Both the position numbers and the translations under genes were made by a program. Of a stretch of 32,000 nt of DNA, positions 18,969 through 26,034 are shown piece by piece. Location of the stretch: positions 630,001 to 662,000 of the forward strand of contig NC_011979.1 in the NCBI RefSeq assembly GCF_000022265.1. Direction: 5' to 3'. Source of the DNA: Geotalea daltonii FRC-32 (GTDB lineage Bacteria > Desulfobacterota > Desulfuromonadia > Geobacterales > Geobacteraceae). The first letter of the stretch is position 1; every line of letters starts with the position of its first letter. A model generated the notes under the pieces. It was not told the DNA's origin. It saw nothing but the letters and a program-made list of their open reading frames with translations, and ran no database searches.

Positions 18969-20036
18969 TCAACCTCCCTTCGGCAGTTTGAGTTCACTTT
19001 TCCAGCCCAGGACTCGTCTCATCCTCTCGGTCGTGGAGGGATGGGTGGCGAAAAGGTCGGCCGGCGTCCAGACTTGAGTCTTTTTATCTCTCCCCACCTT
19101 TTTGTCCTGCTCGGACTGGAGCCTGCCCAGCATGCCGGCGTACACCTTCGGCTCTATCCCTTTCCTGACCAGGTAGGAGACGGCGGCATCATCCGCCTCG
19201 TTTTCGAAGTCCCTTGAATAGCCGGCGTTGATCAATGTGGTGGGGAGGGTGGCGGAGAGGGTGGTAATGGAGGTGATGTCGCCGGTGACGGCGGCAATGA
19301 GGAGGCCGCTGCCGGTGCTCTGCAGAACGTGGCGCAGGGCGTGGCGGGCGTATTGGTGTCCAGCCTCATGGGCAAGGACACCTTCCAGCTCTTCATCGGT
19401 CTGTGCCAGTTCCACCATACCGTCAGTAACGACGATGAGGCCCCCGGGGAGGGCGAAGGCATTGGCGCCGATCCTGTCACTGGACCGGAATTCCAGACGG
19501 TAGGCCTGTGACCGGGGCAGATCCTTTTTCATCCCCTCAAAAATTGCCTTTACCTGCTGGCGCCTGTCTGCCGTGAGCTTGGACGGTTGCATGAGGTATT
19601 TGTCGAGAAACCCCAGGGATTCCTTTCCCAGTCTCACTTCGGAGGCGGGGGGGATAGCCTGGACCACCTGCCGTGTAATGAGGGGGACGCCGTATTTGAT
19701 GAAGCCGATGATGGCGCCAATGGTCAGGACCAGTGCCAGCAGAACCAGAGGCATACTGCGTTCCCAGCGGCTGATGAACCGCTGCAGCGGATGGTCGCTG
19801 CCATCCAGCAATTCATGGAGATTGTCATCGCTGAGGAGCTCGCAGAGGGTTCCATCGGTAAAACGCAGGGAGCGACGCACATTGCCGAGGGGAGGTGATT
19901 TTTTGATGGAGGCAAGGGGATAACGCACATCCACCCCGTCCCCCTGCAGTCTCAGGTCGGCCTGGTCCCGTGTCAGGGTGACCGAGCGGCGACCCGAGTG
20001 CTTGCCGTCGTAATAATATCCCTGAATTACCGTCAT
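18969..20036 (-). CDS. M48-family zinc metallopeptidase (membrane-associated)
   Basis: HEXXH motif (LAHEAGHQYARH), a TM segment (LVLLALVLTIGAIIGFI), and GANAFALPGG, which is typical of M48. Start moved to MTVIQGYYYDGK (ATG at 20036), giving an ATGA overlap with the upstream gene. Confidence 0.8.
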   Translation of the reverse strand: MTVIQGYYYDGKHSGRRSVTLTRDQADLRLQGDGVDVRYPLASIKKSPPLGNVRRSLRFTDGTLCELLSDDNLHELLDGSDHPLQRFISRWERSMPLVLLALVLTIGAIIGFIKYGVPLITRQVVQAIPPASEVRLGKESLGFLDKYLMQPSKLTADRRQQVKAIFEGMKKDLPRSQAYRLEFRSSDRIGANAFALPGGLIVVTDGMVELAQTDEELEGVLAHEAGHQYARHALRHVLQSTGSGLLIAAVTGDITSITTLSATLPTTLINAGYSRDFENEADDAAVSYLVRKGIEPKVYAGMLGRLQSEQDKKVGRDKKTQVWTPADLFATHPSTTERMRRVLGWKSELKLPKGG

Positions 20037-21331
20037 AGGCCGATATCGATGCCGAACATGTCGCCGATCTCTTCTCCTGCCGCGCCCACATTGGCATTCC
20101 CCCAACCGAGGAACGATTCCATGTCATCCTTGAGATGGAGGGAAAGGTTTTCGAAGCGATAGCGGGTTATCCTGATGGATGCCCAGGGAATGAGGAGCCC
20201 CAGGGAGAGGAAAATGGCGGCGGCGCTGGAAAGGTAGAGCCAGGCCATATCACGGACCCTGAGGGTACTGGAAAAACGGCTGTTCCTGATGCGAGTCCCC
20301 TGCCAGGTCAGGTTGGCGAGGGCCGTCTGCACGTAAATGGTGAAGAAGAGATAAATCAGGTTGATGCCGATCATGACGGCAAAAAAGATGGCAATGAAGC
20401 CCTTCTGGGTGGTCTTTTTGCCAACGCTGCCATCGAGGAACAGGGGCGACAGGTCCCGGAACACGGTGGATAAGAGGAAGCTGCAGGCGACGAAAACGGA
20501 GATGATGAGGGTGGCCAGGCCGGCAGCCTTGATGAAGATCAGGTAAAAATCCTTGACGGTGGCGTCGAAACTGCAGCGGTTTCGACCGTAGCCGCTGTTT
20601 TCGACGAAGAATTTTTTCTGGCGATAGACCATGTACGGGATAATCGCCCCTAAGGTGAAGGGGATGAGAAACGGCAGTCCGGCAAAGATCAGGTAAGCCT
20701 CACGGTAGTTGGGCTGGAAAGTGAAGCGGATATTGCGATGGGAAGAATAGCGCATGTTGAAGATGCGGGAGCGGACGATCAGCCACGGCATTGCCAGAAA
20801 GAAAACCGTGCCGAGGGTGCCGGCAAGGAATGGATTTACGTTTGTTCCCACCGAATAAAGGACGAAGAAGACCGCTGCCAGAAGCCATCCCTTGAAAAGG
20901 GCCATGGGTTCGGCCAGATATTCGAAGACGGTGTCGTTAAGCAGGGTGTTGCCGTAGAAATAGCGGCGTTTACGCACCTTTGCCCAGGCCGTGTAGATGC
21001 CCAGGGTGACGATCTTGAGCAGCGTGTTGACGATCCAGATGCCGAAATAGTCGCGGGCATTGCCGGTGAAGGAAAAACGGAGCATCCTGGGGCGGGGCTG
21101 CCCAGGCTTGTCCTGATCGGCAGCTTGAGCCGACGGATTTATGGGTGGTGGCGAAGGCTGGACTTCAGGAGGCCGAGGGGCTGTGGATGTTTCCTTGTCG
21201 ATTGAGTCATGCAGGGGGAAGGGTTGCCGGCACTTGGGGCAGGTGGCCCTTGTCACCCCTGCCGGTATGGCCGAGTCTTCCATCTCACGCCTGAATCCGC
21301 AATGGGGGCAGGTGATGCTGATGCGCGGCAT
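20033..21331 (-). CDS. Zinc-ribbon plus DUF898 (YjgN-like) polytopic membrane protein
   Basis: N-terminal MJ0042-type ribbon (ITCPHCGFRREM…ATCPKCRQPF), a Pro-rich linker, then a YjgN-like repeat (FSFTGNARDYFGIWIVNTLLKIVTLGIYTAWAKVRKRRYFYGNT). Start set at MPRISITC (ATG at 21331). Confidence 0.7.
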   Translation of the reverse strand: MPRISITCPHCGFRREMEDSAIPAGVTRATCPKCRQPFPLHDSIDKETSTAPRPPEVQPSPPPINPSAQAADQDKPGQPRPRMLRFSFTGNARDYFGIWIVNTLLKIVTLGIYTAWAKVRKRRYFYGNTLLNDTVFEYLAEPMALFKGWLLAAVFFVLYSVGTNVNPFLAGTLGTVFFLAMPWLIVRSRIFNMRYSSHRNIRFTFQPNYREAYLIFAGLPFLIPFTLGAIIPYMVYRQKKFFVENSGYGRNRCSFDATVKDFYLIFIKAAGLATLIISVFVACSFLLSTVFRDLSPLFLDGSVGKKTTQKGFIAIFFAVMIGINLIYLFFTIYVQTALANLTWQGTRIRNSRFSSTLRVRDMAWLYLSSAAAIFLSLGLLIPWASIRITRYRFENLSLHLKDDMESFLGWGNANVGAAGEEIGDMFGIDIGL

Positions 21332-21353
21332 GTTTTTCCTTTCCCCGTGGGGA

Positions 21354-21551
21354 TTAATCGGGCTGTTCATGGGCTTTGCGCCCATGTACTTTCTCGAAGG
21401 CGCGGCAAAAGGGGCAGATTTTCTCCTCCACCCTGGTTACCAGCCAGAATGCCATCCCTTGCTGCTTGCGTTGGGCTGAGCGGCAGGCGGGACAGGTCTC
21501 GCACAGCCTGGCCATGGCACGGTCAAGGGCGGTAATTTTCACGTTGCCCAT
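21354..21551 (-). CDS. Small Cys-rich (CxxC…CxxC) protein, unknown function
   Basis: 65 aa from MGNVKITALDRAMARLCETCPAC…ICPFCRAF. GGAGG lies 5 nt upstream of the ATG at 21551. Confidence 0.5.
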   Translation of the reverse strand: MGNVKITALDRAMARLCETCPACRSAQRKQQGMAFWLVTRVEEKICPFCRAFEKVHGRKAHEQPD

Positions 21552-21643
21552 GAATCCTCCAGACAAAGAGTTCTGCCAATTTCTTCTACCAGAATCCCGA
21601 CTCGATTGTCATTAAAAAACCATCCACATGGGGGCTTAAATTT

Positions 21644-21858
21644 GGATCATCCGGGGATTCCGGGGAATAAAAGGCAGTCGCCGTCCGTTCGCTCTGTCGC
21701 CACAGCTGCGGACCTTGCGGCGCCCCCCGTGTAATGGCGCACGATGCTTGAGGTGGCTGGTCATCTCCGGTCAGCAGACGGCGGGCGTCCGCTCGCCGCT
21801 GTAGCTCGTCGCTCACTCCCGATGCCACGACTGCCTTCCCCGAAAATGTCTGAAGAAC
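21644..21858. repeat. Structured GC-rich intergenic element flanked by a 9-bp direct repeat (MITE-like)
   Basis: CTTAAATTT occurs at 21635-21643 and at 21859-21867. Subterminal inverted repeats are CGGGG…AAGGCAGTCG (21661-21680) and CGACTGCCTTCCCCG (21828-21842), giving 10+5 bp of pairing. Confidence 0.4.
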
Positions 21859-21955
21859 CTTAAATTTTCCCGTACTGCCTCGACATTTACCGGAGATGGG
21901 GGCAAACTTTAATCATGGATTGCTCCAGTAATCCTTTGTCCATGTGAGGTGAGCA

Positions 21956-22249
21956 ATGGTCGAAGACATGCGGGTCGATTATCAGAAAAAACTGGAAGAG
22001 CGCCTGCGAGAGTGGAAAGGAAAGATCGATTCCCTGAATATGAGTCAGCACCAGATGACGGCTGAAAACAGGGCTGTTCTGAACAGGGAAGTGAAGGACA
22101 TGCTGAAGAAAAAAGAGGTGATGAAGGAAAAATGGAAGGCCCTGCAGAACTCGGATAACCATGGATGGGCGCTACGGAGGGAAGAGCTTGAAAAGGCCAG
22201 TGAAGATCTGAAGGAGGCGCTGGACCGGGTAGCCGCCCACTTCAAATAG
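21956..22249 (+). CDS. Small coiled-coil protein, unknown function
   Basis: 97 aa, highly charged with heptad character. GAGGTG RBS 5 nt upstream of the ATG. Confidence 0.5.
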   Translation: MVEDMRVDYQKKLEERLREWKGKIDSLNMSQHQMTAENRAVLNREVKDMLKKKEVMKEKWKALQNSDNHGWALRREELEKASEDLKEALDRVAAHFK

Positions 22250-22250
22250 T

Positions 22251-22369
22251 GAAAATGCCTCTTTTCCGCCCTGGCGGTGTCAATCCGCGGTCCTGCTTGT
22301 GCGACGTACCGGTGTACGTCTCCGCGCAGTACCTAGAGTTCCTTGCCAGGACGAAAAATAGTCATTTTC
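22251..22369. repeat. Imperfect palindromic element of about 119 bp (long hairpin; possible bidirectional terminator or REP/MITE-like)
   Basis: The outer arms 22251-22275 and 22345-22369 are complementary at 21/25 positions (hand-aligned). The centre is a perfect GACGTAC-CGGT-GTACGTC (22303-22320). Confidence 0.5.
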
Positions 22370-22379
22370 AAATAATTTG

Positions 22380-22634
22380 CTATAAAAAGCCCCGATCGAC
22401 GAAGCTGAGAAAGGCTCCGTCACCGATGATGATATGATCGAGGACCTTGATGCCCAGGAGGTCGCCTGCTTCCTTCAGCCGGCGGGTGATCTCCATGTCT
22501 TCGCGACTGGGGGTCGGGTCGCCGGTGGGGTGATTGTGCACGAGGATAACCGCCGCTGCCGACTCCCGCACTGCCTGATTGAAGACCTCCCTTGGATGGA
22601 CGATGCTTTTGTATTGTGAACCATTTGACCAAAG
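22380..22634 (-). pseudogene. radC: radC (JAMM/MPN-domain protein) 3' fragment, truncated at the island junction
   Basis: The in-frame reading is …NGSQYKSIVHPREVFNQAVRESAAAVILVHNHPTGDPTPSREDMEITRRLKEAGDLLGIKVLDHIIIGDGAFLSFVDRGFL. This is only about the last third of a typical RadC. A TAA at 22635-22637 closes the frame exactly where the base composition changes. Confidence 0.75.
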
Positions 22635-22758
22635 TTAGTTATTAGTTAAAAGGTATACTGTATTCTAATTCAGTGTACCTTTTAATCAAAAAAACGAAAC
22701 GATACCGCGAAAACTGAATTCGACATTTAATGCAAAAATGCTGTAGTTTTATTGCTTA

Positions 22759-22788
22759 TTGTGGCATACTGCTTCGCCAATTTAAAAT
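22759..22788 (+). promoter_or_regulatory. Candidate sigma70-type promoter of the HD operon (TTGTGG-18-TAAAAT)
   Basis: Read by eye. The -10 box lies 27 nt upstream of the HD start codon and the -35 box is weak. Confidence 0.3.
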
Positions 22789-22814
22789 GGTCATTCTTGC
22801 GAGCAAGGTCAACA

Positions 22815-24104
22815 ATGCCACAGTTTTTCGAAATTCGCGACCCTATTCATGGCTTCGTAAAGATTACGGAGTGGGAACGGGACATCATTAATCAACCTGC
22901 CTTTCAACGGCTACGCAGGATTAAGCAACTTGCGTGGACCGACATGACATATCCTGGTGCTACACATTCTCGATTCGAACATTCACTGGGGGTTATGCAT
23001 GTAGTGACAATGCTCTTTGATTCGATCTGCGAGAGACAGCACGATTTTCTTTCCAGTCGTGAATTGCGGTATACAGTAGGTTCGTTGGAAAGGCTTCGCT
23101 GTCTCGTTCGATTAGCGGCTCTCTTACATGACATCGGTCATCCACCTTATTCGCATGCTGCCGAAGAAACTTTTCCGATTGATCCTGAAACTAATGAGCC
23201 GTACCCCCATGAAGAGTATTCTGCTGCTATAGTTAAATTTGAACTTGCAGACGTTATTGAAAATCATCCTTCGAACCATTTTCGCTTTAAAGTAGGTGAT
23301 GTCACCGCTTTTTTCACAAATGGAGCATGTAGAGAATGCTTGTTGTGGAAAGACCTTCTGTCTAGCCAAATGGATGGTGACAGAATGGACTACCTCTTGC
23401 GAGATTCGCATCACGCTGGAGTGAATTATGGCAAGTATGACCTAAACCGAATTGTAGCGACCATACGTCTTATAGAACGCCCCGACTCTGATGGCTACAC
23501 CATGGGCATTGATGAGGATGGAATTCATGCAGCTGAGGGCTTAATTCTTGCACGGTACATGATGTTTACACAGTTATATTTCCACAAGACGAGGGTCATT
23601 TACGACTACCATCTTGTAGAGGCCTTGAAGGAAATATTGACCGAATGTGGAGGTCATTTCCCTTTGCCAACAAGTGCCGACGACATTAAAGAATACTTGA
23701 AATGGGACGATTGGAGAGTTGGTGGAGCAATATCAGAAGGTAAAGGCGGCACCCATGGGCAGATCTTAAAAAATCGCCATCACTTCAGATTGTTGCATCA
23801 GACATCTGAAATACCTTCTATCCCAGAACTTGAAGACATTGATCGGCTTGAAGGTGTGTTGGCACCATTAGGAGCCATTAGGAAAAACGCCGAAAAGTCC
23901 TGGTACAAATTCAAGCAGCTGAATGACGAAATCCTTGTTCTGTCGAACTCCGGAAGTGCCAGATCGTCTGTTCTGCCTCTTTCCGTAAGATCGCCAGTAG
24001 TACAAGGTTTGAAGTCCGTCAACCAAAGCAGAATATACGTGCCCATCGATAAACGAGATGAGGCAATTGAGATTCTAAAAAGACAACAAGGGGAGGGGAC
24101 CTGA
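22815..24104 (+). CDS. HD-domain phosphohydrolase of the SAMHD1 / EF1143 / YwfO type (putative dNTP triphosphohydrolase)
   Basis: Motifs present: FEIRDPIHGFVKI, FQRLRRIKQL, THSRFEHSLGVMHV, LLHDIGHPPYSHAAE, MDGDRMDYLLRDSHHAGVNYGKYDL. Start set at MPQFFEIRDP (ATG at 22815) rather than the TTG at 22752. Confidence 0.8.
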   Translation: MPQFFEIRDPIHGFVKITEWERDIINQPAFQRLRRIKQLAWTDMTYPGATHSRFEHSLGVMHVVTMLFDSICERQHDFLSSRELRYTVGSLERLRCLVRLAALLHDIGHPPYSHAAEETFPIDPETNEPYPHEEYSAAIVKFELADVIENHPSNHFRFKVGDVTAFFTNGACRECLLWKDLLSSQMDGDRMDYLLRDSHHAGVNYGKYDLNRIVATIRLIERPDSDGYTMGIDEDGIHAAEGLILARYMMFTQLYFHKTRVIYDYHLVEALKEILTECGGHFPLPTSADDIKEYLKWDDWRVGGAISEGKGGTHGQILKNRHHFRLLHQTSEIPSIPELEDIDRLEGVLAPLGAIRKNAEKSWYKFKQLNDEILVLSNSGSARSSVLPLSVRSPVVQGLKSVNQSRIYVPIDKRDEAIEILKRQQGEGT

Positions 24105-24105
24105 G

Positions 24106-24639
24106 ATGAGCGGAACTCCATGGAAAGATTACGGTCTGATTTCCTATATTTCACAAAATGTAACTGATTTAGGGAAAACGAAATTACACAAGTTGGTCTA
24201 TCTCATCAAAGAGGTAGGCAAGGTGCCGGTTGGCTTTAATTTTCGCTTTTACAATTATGGCCCCTACTCGGACAATCTTGCTGAGACACTGGATTTTGTA
24301 ACTTCTTTGCAGGGCGTTAAGATGAATTATGATTCCACTGCAAATATGTATGAGATCTCTGCAGGCGAAAATGCAGCAAAGCTTGTTGAAAAAGCGACTG
24401 CTGAACTGGAACCGAATAAACCTACAATTGATGGAATTCTGACTGCTTATGGAAACAAAACAGCTAAAGAACTAGAACTGATAACGACCATACTGTATGC
24501 AAATAAGAATTATGAAGCTAAATCCGTTGAAGCCTTAACTCACACAACTAAAAATTTAAAGCCGAAGTTTAGCCTCACAGAAATTAGAGCATCCATTGGT
24601 CAATTACAAGCATCTGACTTGCTTTCTTTAACACAATAA
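24106..24639 (+). CDS. YwgA-like / DUF4065 (Panacea, SocA-like) domain protein
   Basis: 177 aa. GKTKLHKLVYLIKEVG…FRFYNYGPYSDNLAETLDFV matches my memory of the KLQKLxY…YGPYS signature of this superfamily. GGGAGGGG RBS. Starts 1 nt after the HD gene stop. Confidence 0.45.
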   Translation: MSGTPWKDYGLISYISQNVTDLGKTKLHKLVYLIKEVGKVPVGFNFRFYNYGPYSDNLAETLDFVTSLQGVKMNYDSTANMYEISAGENAAKLVEKATAELEPNKPTIDGILTAYGNKTAKELELITTILYANKNYEAKSVEALTHTTKNLKPKFSLTEIRASIGQLQASDLLSLTQ

Positions 24640-24644
24640 TTGAA

Positions 24645-25058
24645 ATGCTCAATTCATCGGATACAACTTATCTGAGTCTGCTTGAAAAGGCAGACTCAGC
24701 AAGGGAAAATGCTTACTGCGCTTATTCCAATTTCAAAGTTGGCGCGGCTCTGTTAACCAAGTCTGGTAACATTATTTTTGGGTCTAACGTTGAAAATGCC
24801 TCATATGGACTAACAAACTGTGCAGAAAGATCTGCAATCTTTGCAGCGATATCACGAGGTATTAAGCCTCAGGAAATTGATGCCATAGCTATTAGTGCAA
24901 CAGGTGAAAACTTTTCTCCTTGTGGTGCTTGTAGACAGGTTATTTTTGAAATGGGGTCTCAAATAGCTGTAATTTTCAGGTTTAACGGTAAAGTTGTAAT
25001 TGAACGCATTAGCGACCTGCTCCCGTACAGTTTCACGATAACTATCAATGGCCAATAA
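24645..25058 (+). CDS. Cytidine/deoxycytidine deaminase (small homotetrameric CDA type)
   Basis: 137 aa. AYSNFKVGAALL…, catalytic and zinc motifs NCAERSAIF and SPCGACRQVIFE. Confidence 0.85.
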   Translation: MLNSSDTTYLSLLEKADSARENAYCAYSNFKVGAALLTKSGNIIFGSNVENASYGLTNCAERSAIFAAISRGIKPQEIDAIAISATGENFSPCGACRQVIFEMGSQIAVIFRFNGKVVIERISDLLPYSFTITINGQ

Positions 25059-25329
25059 CCTCTTTATTTCATACGACCTTATGAATCCCGGTCAGAATTA
25101 TGACACTGTCATTGATGCCATAAAACTATTAGGCGCTTGGGCTAAAATCCATCAATCATTTTGGTATGTTAGCTCAAATTTTTCGGCCAAGGATGCGGCT
25201 GAACAGGTATGGCGGACCATGGATAGCAATGATAAGTTGCTTGTTGTAAACTCTTCCACCAACGATGCTTATTGGTATAACCTTCCCGGTAACGTTTCCG
25301 AACACATCCAACAACACTGGCGTGGATAG
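25048..25329 (+). CDS. 93-aa protein of unknown function, last gene of the HD/CDA operon
   Basis: Overlaps the CDA gene by 11 nt. MANNLFISYDLMNPGQNYDTVIDAIKLLGAWAKIHQSFWYVSS…DKLLVV suggests an alternating beta-alpha-beta (ferredoxin/Cas2-like) pattern. No family recognised. Confidence 0.45.
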   Translation: MANNLFISYDLMNPGQNYDTVIDAIKLLGAWAKIHQSFWYVSSNFSAKDAAEQVWRTMDSNDKLLVVNSSTNDAYWYNLPGNVSEHIQQHWRG

Positions 25330-25415
25330 CTTTCCTTCGCTCGACTTGCGCTGTCGGCTCGCTGTCCGCGGGTTGAAGAACTCCCTCAGATGAATGATGT
25401 TAGAACCCAATAGGA

Positions 25416-25949
25416 ATGGTAATGCGTCCCATAATATGCGTCACCTGGCTGGTTGCTCTTTGTTTCATGCCAGTATATGCTGCACCAATTCCCGCAAATG
25501 GTACTGTTGAAGCATTTTTTAGCCCGACCGGTGGTTGCACAGAATCCATCATCCGCGAAATCAATGGTGCACAGTCGGAAGTCTTGATTCAGGCTTACTC
25601 GTTTACATCTGCTCCGATAGCCAAAGCTATAATTGCCGCAAAGAGGCGGGGGGTCAAAATCGAGGCTGTACTGGACAAAAGCCAGCGGTCGGCGAAGTAT
25701 ACTGCGGCAACATTTCTCACAAATGCCGGTATTCCACTGTTGATAGATGATCACCATGCCATAGCACACAACAAAATTATCATCATAGACCGGAATACGT
25801 TGATTACCGGCAGCTTCAACTTTACCAAGGCAGCGGAGGAAAAGAACGCTGAGAACCTTTTAGTCATTAAAAACAACCAACCCCTTATATTGCAATACCT
25901 TCAGAACTTCGAACGTCATAGAACCCACTCAGAGCCTTACAAGCGCTAG
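25416..25949 (+). CDS. Secreted phospholipase-D-family endonuclease (Nuc-like)
   Basis: Signal peptide (ICVTWLVALCFMPVYA/AP) and a single HKD motif (HNKIIIIDRNTLITGSFNFT). The size of 177 aa is as in plasmid Nuc nucleases. Confidence 0.8.
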   Translation: MVMRPIICVTWLVALCFMPVYAAPIPANGTVEAFFSPTGGCTESIIREINGAQSEVLIQAYSFTSAPIAKAIIAAKRRGVKIEAVLDKSQRSAKYTAATFLTNAGIPLLIDDHHAIAHNKIIIIDRNTLITGSFNFTKAAEEKNAENLLVIKNNQPLILQYLQNFERHRTHSEPYKR

Positions 25950-26034
25950 ATTACCTTCATTCCGAAGATATCTATTGCTCAGATATGAGAAAAAGTAATA
26001 AAATTCGAATACCTATGCTACAAGGATATGAAAG

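Noticed and set aside
21600-21850. Possible riboswitch or ncRNA (for example GEMM / c-di-GMP, which is common in Geobacter) in the structured intergenic region upstream of the small Cys protein gene.
   Set aside because: On neither strand could I find the conserved GEMM, tmRNA, 6S or RNase P sequence blocks. The flanking 9-bp direct repeat fits a repeat or MITE better. A covariance-model scan is needed to exclude an ncRNA formally.
22244-22362. AAATAGT 7-mer at 22244-22250 and at 22356-22362, as a possible target-site duplication of the 119-bp palindrome.
   Set aside because: The right-hand copy lies inside the palindrome's right arm rather than outside it, so it is not a flanking duplication. 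It is probably coincidental AT-rich sequence.
22762-22777. Sigma-54-like TGGCAT-N5-TTCGC upstream of the HD gene.
   Set aside because: The -12 element reads TTCG rather than TTGC, so the invariant GC is displaced. No enhancer-binding protein is nearby, and a sigma70-like TAAAAT box explains the region equally well.
23105-23120. A third copy of the operator core GATTAGCG, inside the HD gene (CGATTAGCGG at about 23110).
   Set aside because: Only 8 nt match, which is expected by chance roughly once in this amount of sequence. The site is intragenic and lacks the flanking GCT…CAGCAG context shared by boxes A and B.
25330-25390. Short GC-rich patch (…CTTCGCTCGACTTGCGCTGTCGGCTCGCTGTCCGCGGG…) inside the AT-rich island. 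It resembles words in the host element at 21785-21820 (CGCTCG…GCTGT.G.TCG).
   Set aside because: The similarity is patchy when aligned by hand, only a weak 6-bp hairpin forms, and there is no U-tract. I cannot tell whether it is a degraded host-type repeat, a terminator or chance. It is worth a BLASTN check but not reportable as a feature.
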